Part shown: positions 1-9,078 of the stretch, one piece after another | Position numbering within the stretch: the stretch's first letter is position 1 | Layout of the letters: the number at the start of each line of letters is the position of its first letter | Source: an uncultured Candidatus Saccharibacteria bacterium | GTDB lineage: Bacteria > Patescibacteriota > UBA1384 > XYA2-FULL-43-10 > 1-14-0-10-43-13 | Direction of reading: 5' to 3' | DNA length: 32,000 nt | Assembly (NCBI GenBank): GCA_964543385.1 | Contig: CAZIYE010000002.1 | Coordinates: forward strand, 60,001 to 92,000 | Program-made: the position numbers and the translations under genes | The notes under the pieces: generated by a model | What the model was told of the DNA's origin: nothing | The model's input: only the letters and a program-made list of their open reading frames with translations | Databases searched by the model: none

Positions 1-52
1 GATTTATTGATAGTAACAGCCATATCTGGCATTACTATCTATTCTACGATTA

Positions 53-103
53 AAAAAAAATACCCTCCTGACCTTTAATAGGCTAGGAAGGCATTTTATT
101 TTT
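53..103. terminator. Probable bidirectional intrinsic terminator
   Basis: Hairpin CCTCCTgaCCT-ttaat-AGGctAGGaAGG at about 64-91. A run of A at 53-60 gives a U-tract on the minus strand, and ATTTTATTTTT at 93-103 gives a T-rich tail on the plus strand. Confidence 0.65.
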
Positions 104-413
104 CGTTGGGTTCGCTAGTTCCTTGACCTCTTATTTTGTTAAGAGCTGGACTACCTTGGATTGAGTTTTACCCCAATACATAGAGACGATCCAAAAAAAA
201 TTTTAAAAATCAGGCCGGGAATTAGCGTGGTCTTTATTAAAACAATTCCGAAATAAAATTGTTTTAGCTATTGATGCATTTATCGACGGTAGTTTTAATA
301 TTATTTTGTTTATTATTACAAATCATTATAAATTAATGATTTTTTTCATATTTGCTGAAGACTTATTAAAAAAATTCATTTAAGGTTAATCCAGAAATAT
401 TAGGGATTAGAAA

Positions 414-860
414 ATGAGCAATGACATAAAAGATAATAAACCAGATGAAAAAGAAGGTCTAGTTTCAGAAATAAGTAGCGAAATTTTGGGACAACCACTC
501 AAAAATTTGGAGACTAATGAAATAGAAATATCTTCTGATGAAGACATTGTGAGTGACCTAAGCCAAGATAAAAGAGCAAGCAAAGAAGCAATCTCTGGCA
601 TTAGGTCAGCAATTAATGTTGGGAAAAAGAATACTGATGCTGACCTGGGCGTTGTCTCTAATGACGTTGATGCTGACTGGCAGAATGAGTCAACTTCGGA
701 AGAAGTATCTATGGGGGAGAATCCCACTCCGGATCAGGATCAAGTTGATTCTATATCGAGTTCATGGGGTATGAATTATCATAACCAAGAGGAACTCGAT
801 ATAGAGAAGAAGGTAAAAGGTCTTGAACAGAAAAGAAGAAATGACGATAACACAGAATAA
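414..860 (+). CDS. Hypothetical acidic protein encoded directly upstream of lon
   Basis: 148-aa ORF starting at ATG 414, very rich in Asp/Glu/Ser, ending 12 nt before the lon start; probably co-transcribed. Confidence 0.65.
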   Translation: MSNDIKDNKPDEKEGLVSEISSEILGQPLKNLETNEIEISSDEDIVSDLSQDKRASKEAISGIRSAINVGKKNTDADLGVVSNDVDADWQNESTSEEVSMGENPTPDQDQVDSISSSWGMNYHNQEELDIEKKVKGLEQKRRNDDNTE

Positions 861-872
861 GAAAGGAGTAAT

Positions 873-3182
873 TTGTTATTTGGAATAAAAAAATATAACC
901 CACTTGTTTTTATTAAAGACGCAGTAATATTTCCAGATATTCTCGTAGAACTATTTTTTAGCAATAGTTATTGTATAAATGCAGTAAAGAATGCCAAGGA
1001 TGGCATGTTGATTTTGGTAACTCAAAGATCGAGTACGAGTAGTTCTCTTCCTTCGCAACAAGACCTGTTCGAGGTTGGCACAATTGGCGAAATAAAAAAT
1101 ATAATCTATGAAGGGGACAAATTAAGAGTCCTTTTTGAGTCGAAAAGAAGAACGTTCATAGAAAAGATCATAGATAAGAGGACATACTTTGATGCATCTC
1201 ATTCTCTTATTGATGATGATAAAAGTAATGACGATCAAACAGTTGCGCTTACAAAAAACTTAATTTCAAATATTAAAGATTTCGTAAACAAGAATCGTTT
1301 TTTACCCTTAGATATTGCAATAAAAATTTTGTCCCTTGAAGATCCGAACAAAATCATAAATAATTTAATCCCTATTCTTTCAGAGACAATTGAAACTAAG
1401 CAAGATATATTAGAAACTATCGATATAAATGATCGTTTAGCTAAAGCAAACAAGGCAGTATCTCATGCGCTTCAAATTCATGATCTAGAGGAAAAAGTTG
1501 CCCAGCAAACTCAAGAAGAATTATCTAAAACACAAAAAGAAGTTTTCCTCAGGGAAGAGCTTAAAACAATCCAAAAAGAACTTGGAGGAGGGGCAAGCGA
1601 GTATACCGATCTTGAAAGAAAAATCGAAATATCAGGTATGCCATTAGATATAAAAAAAGTCGCCCACAGAGAGTTAAACCACTTGGAAAAAACCCCGTCA
1701 TTTTCACCGGAAGTTTCCTATATCAGGAATTATCTTGATTGGTTGGTCTCTATGCCTTGGATTAAGTATTCTGCAAGTATTATTGATATCGAAGAAGCTA
1801 AGATAATCCTTGATAACGATCATTATGCCCTTGATCAGGTTAAACAACGGATTCTGGAATTTCTTGCCGTGCAATCCAGGGTAGGCAAGATAAAAGGTCC
1901 GATCCTCTGTTTTGTGGGCCCTCCTGGCACTGGTAAGACATCGATAGGTAAGTCAATCGCAAAAGCCCTTGGACGTAAATTTACCAGAGTGTCTCTTGGA
2001 GGTATTAGGGACGAGGCCGAAATTAGGGGGCATAGGAGAACGTACGTTGGGTCAATGCCTGGACGTATAATACAAAGTATTCACGAGGTTGGTGAAAAAA
2101 ATCCAGTATTCATGTTGGATGAAATTGATAAACTGGGGGTCGATTTTAGAGGCGACCCTAGCTCTGCATTGCTTGAGGCATTGGATCCTGAACAAAATTT
2201 TAATTTTTCAGATCACTATCTGGAAGTGCCGTTTGATTTATCTGATGTTTTGTTCATTACAACAGCCAACGTTTTGGAGAATATTCCTGCGCCATTAAGA
2301 GATAGGATGGAGATTATTGAATTTACTGGCTATACACCAGAGGAAAAATTATCGATTGCTAATAAATTCATCTGGCGCAAGATTTCTAAATCTCATGGAT
2401 TGGATACCAGTATTCAAATTGATGATGCGGGGATAACAGAAATTATTAATCTTTATACTCAGGAAGCGGGAGTACGCGGACTCGAAAGAGAGCTTTCAAA
2501 AATTGCTCGTAAGATTGCTCTTTCGATTACTGAAAAAAAAGAAAAAGTAGAAATAATAAAAAAAGATGAAGTGGAAAAATATCTTGGCCAGCCTAAAAAA
2601 ATGGATTGGAAAAAAGAAGTAGAGGGACAAGTTGGAATAGTGGCTGCTTTAGCAGTGACAGAGGCTGGTGGAGAGGTGCTATCAGTAGAAGTTAGCTTTA
2701 TTGATGGAGGTAAAGGTAACCTAATGCTGACAGGACATTTAGGAGAAATAATGAAGGAATCAGCCCAGGCTGCACTCTCTTACGCTAGGACAAAAGTGCA
2801 TTTATTTGGTGTTAACGGCAATTTCTTTTCTGATCACGATGTCCATATTCATGTTCCAATGGGTGCAATCCCAAAAGACGGTCCATCTGCTGGTGTTGCT
2901 ATTGCTTCTGCTTTGCTCTCATCGCTATCAAATAGAAAAGTTGACCCGGAGATAGGTATGACCGGCGAGATTACATTAAGGGGCCGAGTGTTGGGAATCG
3001 GTGGACTTAAAGCTAAAGTTTTGGCAGCTCGCAGGAACGGCTTAAAAAAAATTATTTTGCCGGAGGCAAATGAAGGCGATTTAAGTGAAATAGAAGATAG
3101 ATATAAACAAAATATGCATTTCTTTATAATTAAAACAATGGACGAAGCTTTGCCCATTGTATTTGAAGGAGCTGAACAATGA
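873..3182 (+). CDS. lon: ATP-dependent endopeptidase Lon
   Basis: 769 aa with TTG start preceded by GGAG. Walker A GPPGTGKTS, Walker B VFMLDEIDK, and the Lon protease catalytic Ser motif KDGPSAGVAIASAL followed by the GIGGLKAKVLAA Lys region. Confidence 0.97.
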   Translation: MLFGIKKYNPLVFIKDAVIFPDILVELFFSNSYCINAVKNAKDGMLILVTQRSSTSSSLPSQQDLFEVGTIGEIKNIIYEGDKLRVLFESKRRTFIEKIIDKRTYFDASHSLIDDDKSNDDQTVALTKNLISNIKDFVNKNRFLPLDIAIKILSLEDPNKIINNLIPILSETIETKQDILETIDINDRLAKANKAVSHALQIHDLEEKVAQQTQEELSKTQKEVFLREELKTIQKELGGGASEYTDLERKIEISGMPLDIKKVAHRELNHLEKTPSFSPEVSYIRNYLDWLVSMPWIKYSASIIDIEEAKIILDNDHYALDQVKQRILEFLAVQSRVGKIKGPILCFVGPPGTGKTSIGKSIAKALGRKFTRVSLGGIRDEAEIRGHRRTYVGSMPGRIIQSIHEVGEKNPVFMLDEIDKLGVDFRGDPSSALLEALDPEQNFNFSDHYLEVPFDLSDVLFITTANVLENIPAPLRDRMEIIEFTGYTPEEKLSIANKFIWRKISKSHGLDTSIQIDDAGITEIINLYTQEAGVRGLERELSKIARKIALSITEKKEKVEIIKKDEVEKYLGQPKKMDWKKEVEGQVGIVAALAVTEAGGEVLSVEVSFIDGGKGNLMLTGHLGEIMKESAQAALSYARTKVHLFGVNGNFFSDHDVHIHVPMGAIPKDGPSAGVAIASALLSSLSNRKVDPEIGMTGEITLRGRVLGIGGLKAKVLAARRNGLKKIILPEANEGDLSEIEDRYKQNMHFFIIKTMDEALPIVFEGAEQ

Positions 3183-4321
3183 GTAGTTTTAAAATAATAT
3201 GTGTATCGCCTTATCCTCCCCGTCAGTGTGGTATTGCTAACTATACAAAAGATTTAGTTAGCTCGATAAGAATAACAAATCCAGAAGCAAGAGTAGGGGT
3301 GTATGCAATCCATGATCAGGATGGAACAGTAAGTTATCCAAAGGATGTTCGTGATCGTATTCCTTTTGAAAATATTACATCTTATATAAAAGCAGCAGAA
3401 GATATAAACAGCAGTGATTATAACACTGTAATAATCGAGCATGAGTTTGGCTTGTATGGGGGAATAGACGGTTCTCATATATTAAACTTTGTAGATAAAC
3501 TTGAAAAACCATATATCATAACTTTTCATACAATTCTATCAGATCCAGATAAGCGTAAAATTGAGATAGTGAATCAATTAGCAAAAAAAGCATTTGCAGT
3601 AGTGGTAATGGCAGATGAAGCAATTAAAAGATTAAGTGAGATCTATGGCGTAAATAAGGAAAAGATCTACAAGATACCTCACGGTGTTCCTGATATCGCC
3701 TTGGGCAGTGAAGACAAGATTAAGATGAAACTTGGTTTGAGTGGACGAAAAGTTATATCTACATTTGGTCTGATCAGCCAAAATAAGGGCATAGAGTATG
3801 TGATAGGAGCAATGCCAAAAATTATAGAAAAGAATCCAGAGGCCCTTTTTCTTATTATTGGCAAAACCCATCCCATTATTAGGCGTTATCAGGGTGAAAA
3901 CTATAGAGATCAGCTAAAGGCACTGACTAAGAAATATGGAATAGAAAAAAATGTAAAATTTATCAATCGGTATTTGGAGTTTAATGAGTTGATCGAATAT
4001 CTTGTGGCTACTGACATCTATATAACACCGTATTTAGAATCACAACAAATCACATCAGGTACACTGGCCTATGCTTTGGGAGCGGGAAAGGCCTGTATTT
4101 CAACGCCATATGTGTACGCTACAGAAGTTCTAGCGTCTAATCGCGGTTGTCTTGTACCTTTTAAAAACAGTGACAAAATATTTGAAAAAGTATCACTACT
4201 GCTCTCAAATAATAAACTAAGAGAGAGGCTATCAAAAAGGGGATATGATTATAGCAGAAACATGCTCTGGAAAAATGTAGCAATGCATCATTTGGATTTA
4301 TTTTCTAATTCTTTCAAGTGA
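3179..4321 (+). CDS. Glycosyltransferase, GT4-like (GT-B fold)
   Basis: 380 aa; overlaps lon by 4 nt (ATGA). N-terminal CVSPYPPRQCGIANYT, and a C-terminal nucleotide-sugar region TPYLESQQITSGTLAYALGAGKACISTPY. Confidence 0.88.
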   Translation: MSSFKIICVSPYPPRQCGIANYTKDLVSSIRITNPEARVGVYAIHDQDGTVSYPKDVRDRIPFENITSYIKAAEDINSSDYNTVIIEHEFGLYGGIDGSHILNFVDKLEKPYIITFHTILSDPDKRKIEIVNQLAKKAFAVVVMADEAIKRLSEIYGVNKEKIYKIPHGVPDIALGSEDKIKMKLGLSGRKVISTFGLISQNKGIEYVIGAMPKIIEKNPEALFLIIGKTHPIIRRYQGENYRDQLKALTKKYGIEKNVKFINRYLEFNELIEYLVATDIYITPYLESQQITSGTLAYALGAGKACISTPYVYATEVLASNRGCLVPFKNSDKIFEKVSLLLSNNKLRERLSKRGYDYSRNMLWKNVAMHHLDLFSNSFK

Positions 4322-4328
4322 TAGTAGC

Positions 4329-4364
4329 AATATTCAAATGTTATATTAAAAGATAACATCTTTT
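4329..4364. repeat. Short inverted repeat after the glycosyltransferase gene, possible weak terminator
   Basis: ATGTTAT-attaaaag-ATAACAT followed by cTTTTg within aaatgttatattaaaagataacatcttttg. Confidence 0.35.
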
Positions 4365-4433
4365 GTCAAGAAGTCACAAAGAAATGGTAGTATGAAATGC
4401 TTAAAATTATATTAACTAATTGACGGAGACTTT

Positions 4434-4562
4434 ATGACAACAAAGACAGAGCAAAAAAAGGAAAAAGAAACTAAGGGTCGCGGCTGGCATGGCGATTCTA
4501 CGGGCCACGCCAAAGCAGGCCGCCTGGGTGGCAAAGCGAGGGCAAAGAAGAAGGATAAATAA
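4434..4562 (+). CDS. Small basic protein with GWHGDSTGHAKAGRLGGKARAKKK, similar to KGG/general-stress (YciG/Con-10-like) peptides
   Basis: Read by hand: MTTKTEQKKEKETKGRGWHGDSTGHAKAGRLGGKARAKKKDK (42 aa), ATG 4434 to TAA 4562, with GGAG about 8 nt upstream. Below the size cutoff of the supplied ORF track. Confidence 0.7.
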   Translation: MTTKTEQKKEKETKGRGWHGDSTGHAKAGRLGGKARAKKKDK

Positions 4563-4611
4563 TTTTTTATAGCTAGGATAATGCGCTGAATATTTTTTAT
4601 CTTTGTAAGTA

Positions 4612-4640
4612 TTGACAAATGGTAAAAAATAAGTTAGATT
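4612..4640 (+). promoter_or_regulatory. Sigma70-like promoter for the CdaR/PucR-type gene
   Basis: TTGACA (4612-4617), 17-nt spacer, TAGATT (4635-4640), about 49 nt upstream of the start codon. Confidence 0.55.
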
Positions 4641-4688
4641 ATTTTAACTTTAGAAATAAATACAAATTTAAAAACCTGAAAGGAAGTG

Positions 4689-5852
4689 ATGGTATTCGCA
4701 GAATCTCTTGGGAGGGAGGTTGGCACTTATATTAAGAATTTACTCAATAAGGAAGTTTGTATTGTAGATGGAAAGGGCCAATGTGTTGCATCTCCCAACG
4801 ATGTTCTAAATGGCAAAACTGTAAATCTGCCAGGATTTGTCAATGATTTGAGCTCTCCTAAAGATTATATGGATAATGGTCAGAGTAAAATAATTATTCC
4901 TCTACGCTATCAGTCTAAAAATGTAGCTTATATACTTTTCGACGGTGATTCTAACGAGGTAAAAAACTATTCACTTCTAGTAAAAAGTTTTGCCGAGTTG
5001 CTTGTACAACAATATTATGAAAACAATAAACCTATTCTTGACCCTACTGATAATTTCATTATAGAACTTTTTGAGAATTATAGTCCTAGCGACAAGGCAA
5101 AACATGAGGCTGAGGCGAGAGTGCTGGGTTATGATCTATCCAAAAAAAGATTAGCTATTTCTATCTATTTAGAGGGATTTTGGGATAACTGTCTTCTGGA
5201 TTTAGATCAAGCTAGCTTTGAGCGTGATCAAATAATAAAAAACTGGAAAAGAAATTTAGAGCAATCCATAAATAGTTTTTTCACTAAGAATGCAGATCTT
5301 CTTATAGCCTATGTGGGAAATGATAGGTTTGTCATATTCAAATCAGTCGATGGAAGCGATGAAGAATCAGTCAAAAAACTGCTTAAGAAATCATACAAAT
5401 CTATTTTTGATACTCTTAAAAATCATAGGATCAAGAATATTACAGTTGGATTTGGTAATGCCTATCAATACATTGATGGTTTAATTAGATCCCGTCGAGA
5501 AGCCGATTTGACGTTGGAGCTTGGTCAGAGAATTTGGGGCGATGGACAAAGTTATTACTTTGGTGAACTAGGACTACTTTCAATTCTTGGCGATGGAGAT
5601 AGAGAAAAGAAAGTTGAGTTCTCGGATACTCTGCTGACAAAATTGAAAAATGATGAGTTAAATAAGACACTCGAATCTTTCTTTGAAAACAATCTCAATC
5701 TGACAGAAACCGCGGAGCAGATGGGAATTCACAGAAATACTGTCATATATCGCTTAAATCAGATCACAAAGGTCCTGGGCGCAGATCCTAGAGTTTTTGA
5801 ACAGGCTATGTCAATCAAAATCGCTCTTATTATACGTGGCCTATTTGGCTAA
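4689..5852 (+). CDS. CdaR/PucR-family transcriptional regulator (sugar diacid recognition-like domain plus PucR-type HTH)
   Basis: N-terminal LGREVGTYIKNLLNKEVCIVDGKGQCVASP and C-terminal LTETAEQMGIHRNTVIYRLNQITKVLGADPR. The listed GTG at 4686 is immediately followed by ATG 4689, with AAAGGAA upstream. Confidence 0.8.
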   Translation: MVFAESLGREVGTYIKNLLNKEVCIVDGKGQCVASPNDVLNGKTVNLPGFVNDLSSPKDYMDNGQSKIIIPLRYQSKNVAYILFDGDSNEVKNYSLLVKSFAELLVQQYYENNKPILDPTDNFIIELFENYSPSDKAKHEAEARVLGYDLSKKRLAISIYLEGFWDNCLLDLDQASFERDQIIKNWKRNLEQSINSFFTKNADLLIAYVGNDRFVIFKSVDGSDEESVKKLLKKSYKSIFDTLKNHRIKNITVGFGNAYQYIDGLIRSRREADLTLELGQRIWGDGQSYYFGELGLLSILGDGDREKKVEFSDTLLTKLKNDELNKTLESFFENNLNLTETAEQMGIHRNTVIYRLNQITKVLGADPRVFEQAMSIKIALIIRGLFG

Positions 5853-5885
5853 GATTTTTAAATCTCTGTAGGGGCAAAAAGAGAT

Positions 5886-5936
5886 ATATATTCAAAATAC
5901 CACCAGAGATTATTCTAGGTGGCATTTTGAATATAT
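5886..5936. terminator. Large inverted repeat between convergent genes, probable bidirectional terminator
   Basis: ATATATTCAAAAT-a-CCACC-(13 nt)-GGTGG-c-ATTTTGAATATAT: 13 bp and 5 bp of pairing separated by one A/C mismatch. Confidence 0.55.
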
Positions 5937-5959
5937 GGTCTTGTTGTGTTGCTGTTCGG

Positions 5960-7867
5960 CTATCTTGAATTTGCGCTTCGTATGTACCATTCTAATCCAG
6001 CCCAACCAATTAATAGGATAGCCGGGATTATCAGGAAGGAAAAATTATTTTGTTTCGGACTGACAGGATCCATTGGAGTATTAGTCATTGCTATAGTAGT
6101 GATCTTATTGTCTGTATTACTGCTTTCAAATATCTGTTTATCTATTTTACCGTTCTGCGTGACCCTTTCATTTATATCAGTTTTTCTCTTCGTATTAGTT
6201 CTGATTTTCTCTTCACTATTTATATTAATTTGGCTTTTTCCTACTACACCCGACAGGACTTTCTCTGTTACAACGGGCGTGAAGGTGGAGGCATCATCCT
6301 CTTTCTTTATTTTATTTGATAAGTTACCATGCCAATTGCCAAAGATATTGATTATTTTTAGAGTCATCGTACCTGCTTTGTCAGATAAGCTATTCATAAT
6401 ATTAACAACATTTGAATATAGATCGATACTGCCGGTTTTAATATTACCAACAGCAGTGTTATTGCTTATGGTGTTTGTTCCGGTATTGGCATATATTTTA
6501 ACATTATTGTTAGTATCAACATGATTATCTTGCAATAGATTTACGGTATTTGATGATTCGATTGCGTTTGCGTTAGTTGAGTCTGATCCAGTCGTATCAT
6601 TAGCCAAATCTGACTTTGTTTCCAGAGAACCAAATCCGATTGGGGGAGCGTTTGATCCTCCTCCTAGAAATGCCATTGGATTTGCTCCTACTCGGTTGAT
6701 AATGAAATTGCCGGAGTCGACAAGATCAATTGCATCACCGACCCACTCGCCAAAAACATTAATAATATGTAGGGTTCCGGAATCATTGTTGAGCCAATCA
6801 ATATTGTTGCTATTAATATCTGTGCCGCCGGTCATAATATTGCCAGTAACTGTATTGGTAGAGATATCGTTTTTTCCAGTATTGGTGGTATATTCGAGTG
6901 AATTAATAACATTAATATTATTGCTGTGCTCGATATTTATTTCAGTGCTACTACCAATATTGTTGTAATCATATGAGGAGTCTCCAGAACTATTACTTCC
7001 TGCCCTTGGGATTATAATATCAGCATCTAAATCGTTCAGAACATTAATTACACCAACTGACATAATCATATTAGGGTTTACAAAATTTTGCAGATTGATG
7101 AGATTTGTAGCAAGACTTATGTCCCCGGTTGTGATATCTCCGACCTTTGTGTTCTGATCTACATTATTGAGTCCGGTATTGGCATTAATAATTAAATCAT
7201 TATTTGTACCAGCGTTATTATTATCCAAGATACCTATGACATTATTTTGATCAAGTGTATTAATATTGAGTGAATCATTGCCAGTTGTACCGTTGTAAAG
7301 ATTACTCTGCCCTTGAAGTGGAATCGATGTTCCATACATTGCATTATTAGTTAAATCTAGATTCGTCAATCCAGATCCATCGATAGTAGAAGCTGAAACT
7401 TGAGATCCTTCTGCAAATTGACTGTTCGAAATGTTAACAAAGGTGAGGCCTGCATCAATTTCGCCAGTTTCAATCGATCCAACAATAGAATTGTTTCCGA
7501 TCTGGTTAGCTCCAGAGTTTAGGGCGATATTAGCATTGTTGCTAGACGCTATATTAGTATTGTTGTTTTGGCTTATAGCGTTAATATTTTCGGAGTCAGG
7601 GCCGGTATTATAATTAGTTTCGGATATGTTTTCACTTACTGTGGACGTATTGTCTATGGGCACAGTAGTAGTTTCTTCTATTCTGCCAGTTACCATCTCC
7701 GGTCCTGTGATAATCTGGACTCCAGTTGGCACTTGTGGACCGACATCTCCTAAAGTGCCTCTTGTGCTGTCTTCAGCATGAGATAGCCCGTAGGGCAGAA
7801 AAGTAAAAAACATCATCAAAATAATGCTGAATGTTTTTTTTGCGGCTATTAATATAGTTTTTTTCAC
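5960..7867 (-). CDS. Secreted Asn-rich repeat surface protein with C-terminal transmembrane anchor
   Basis: 635 aa with signal peptide MKKTILIAAKKTFSIILMMFFTFLPYGLSHA. About four repeats of the type TG(P/N/S).S.N.N....N......N.....TG.N....NT.VG.I.TG. C-terminal hydrophobic FLIIPAILLIGWAGLEW followed by YIRSANSR. Confidence 0.75.
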   Translation of the reverse strand: MKKTILIAAKKTFSIILMMFFTFLPYGLSHAEDSTRGTLGDVGPQVPTGVQIITGPEMVTGRIEETTTVPIDNTSTVSENISETNYNTGPDSENINAISQNNNTNIASSNNANIALNSGANQIGNNSIVGSIETGEIDAGLTFVNISNSQFAEGSQVSASTIDGSGLTNLDLTNNAMYGTSIPLQGQSNLYNGTTGNDSLNINTLDQNNVIGILDNNNAGTNNDLIINANTGLNNVDQNTKVGDITTGDISLATNLINLQNFVNPNMIMSVGVINVLNDLDADIIIPRAGSNSSGDSSYDYNNIGSSTEINIEHSNNINVINSLEYTTNTGKNDISTNTVTGNIMTGGTDINSNNIDWLNNDSGTLHIINVFGEWVGDAIDLVDSGNFIINRVGANPMAFLGGGSNAPPIGFGSLETKSDLANDTTGSDSTNANAIESSNTVNLLQDNHVDTNNNVKIYANTGTNTISNNTAVGNIKTGSIDLYSNVVNIMNSLSDKAGTMTLKIINIFGNWHGNLSNKIKKEDDASTFTPVVTEKVLSGVVGKSQININSEEKIRTNTKRKTDINERVTQNGKIDKQIFESSNTDNKITTIAMTNTPMDPVSPKQNNFSFLIIPAILLIGWAGLEWYIRSANSR

Positions 7868-7957
7868 ATTTACTCCATCCTTTTAAGTATTGATGGAATT
7901 GGGGAGATAGTCCCCAAATCCTCATCAATACTTGATTAATAACAAGTTTTTATTTTG

Positions 7958-8839
7958 TTAATTAGCCTGATTTACACCAGTAATATTGATACGAACAGAA
8001 CCGGTTTCAATATCACCAACACTTGTGTTACACCCTATATGGTTATTTCCAGTGTTTGTATTGATATTATAATCATTGTTAATATCGGCACGATTGTTAA
8101 TATCGACATTAACATCTGTCTGAGCATTGATCACATTCTCATTCTCTGAGTTTGGACCAGTGGTATCGTTTGTGAAATCGGCAGATATGCTATTGCCTGC
8201 TATGTTGCCAAGGTCAATCATAGAAGTATTTCCATTAGCAACATTTTTAATATCGGACGAAATATTAATATCACCTGTCGCTATATTCCCCACTACTGTG
8301 TTGTTCTCAACTTCATTACTACCAGTATTTGAGTCGAAGTCGATATCATTTGAGATGTTTGTAAGATTGTCAACCTCGATATTTACGTTACGGTCAAAAT
8401 TAATTATATTTTCATTTTCTGAGTTGTAGCCAGTGAATTCATTGCTTCCGGTAAAGTCAAGCGAGCCAAAGAGATCGCTAAAATCCCAATTGACAGAATT
8501 ACCATCATTTAACTGGTTGTCAAAATTAAGATCAGCTATAACATCACCAGTTTGATAATCTTCAACTATCGTGTTGTTTTCGATTTCACCATTGCCTGTC
8601 TCAACGCTGACGTCGGCATCATTATTAAGAACGGAATTATTATCTACGCTGATATCGTAGTCCATATCGGAGTTTTGTTCCGATATATTCTCTGAGTTTG
8701 GACCAGTTATGTCATTTGAGAAATCGGAATTGACGTTAGCGTAGGCAAGTCCAGTTCCCACTAATAAGACAAGGGCAGAAATTGCGGCAAACGAACGAGC
8801 TAGAGTTAAAAATTTTTTGTTCATTTTTTTCCTTTTCAT
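7958..8839 (-). CDS. Secreted Asn/Asp-rich repeat protein, paralogous to the adjacent 635-aa protein but without a C-terminal anchor
   Basis: 293 aa with signal peptide (FLTLARSFAAISALVLLVGTGLAYA). Three repeats containing TGPNSEN or TGYNSEN and NT(V/S)VG(N/D)I.TG. Stops directly after the third repeat. Confidence 0.75.
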   Translation of the reverse strand: MKRKKMNKKFLTLARSFAAISALVLLVGTGLAYANVNSDFSNDITGPNSENISEQNSDMDYDISVDNNSVLNNDADVSVETGNGEIENNTIVEDYQTGDVIADLNFDNQLNDGNSVNWDFSDLFGSLDFTGSNEFTGYNSENENIINFDRNVNIEVDNLTNISNDIDFDSNTGSNEVENNTVVGNIATGDINISSDIKNVANGNTSMIDLGNIAGNSISADFTNDTTGPNSENENVINAQTDVNVDINNRADINNDYNINTNTGNNHIGCNTSVGDIETGSVRINITGVNQAN

Positions 8840-9017
8840 AAAATTTAATTTAATTCACGAACTTTTGTGTATGTTTGTTTGTACACAGGTGGATTAATAT
8901 ATGCCCCCGTGTATCGACCTTCTTTCATTCTAGTATCGAAAAAGAACTTTCCTACATCATATTCCGACAAATCGAAATGATTAAAGAAAAGTTAATTTGA
9001 TATTTTTCATAATTAAA

Positions 9018-9037
9018 TAGCACCCCTTTAGGTGCTA
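9018..9037. repeat. Short hairpin upstream of the 9079 gene
   Basis: TAGCACC-ccttta-GGTGCTA, a perfect 7-bp inverted repeat in the divergent intergenic region. Confidence 0.4.
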
Positions 9038-9078
9038 GAAATAGTTTATTAAACAAAGTGAAAATCTAAAAGCAAAGG

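Noticed and set aside
407-727. 106-aa minus-strand ORF over the acidic pre-lon gene
   Set aside because: The plus-strand ORF has good spacing to lon and a normal start; the minus ORF is Ser-rich shadow sequence.
2849-3157. 102-aa minus-strand ORF
   Set aside because: Fully antisense to the conserved Lon protease domain.
5946-6524. 192-aa plus-strand ORF
   Set aside because: Antisense to the 3' part of the repeat protein gene. It is hydrophobic and low complexity because it mirrors Asn/Asp codons (ATT/GTT), and it has no coherent domain.
8127-8429. 100-aa plus-strand ORF
   Set aside because: Antisense mirror of the 293-aa repeat protein; its apparent repeats derive from the opposite strand.
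6600-8800. Possible CRISPR-like repeats
   Set aside because: The repetition is at the amino-acid level within two coding sequences, with unit lengths of about 60-70 aa; there are no short identical direct repeats with unique spacers.
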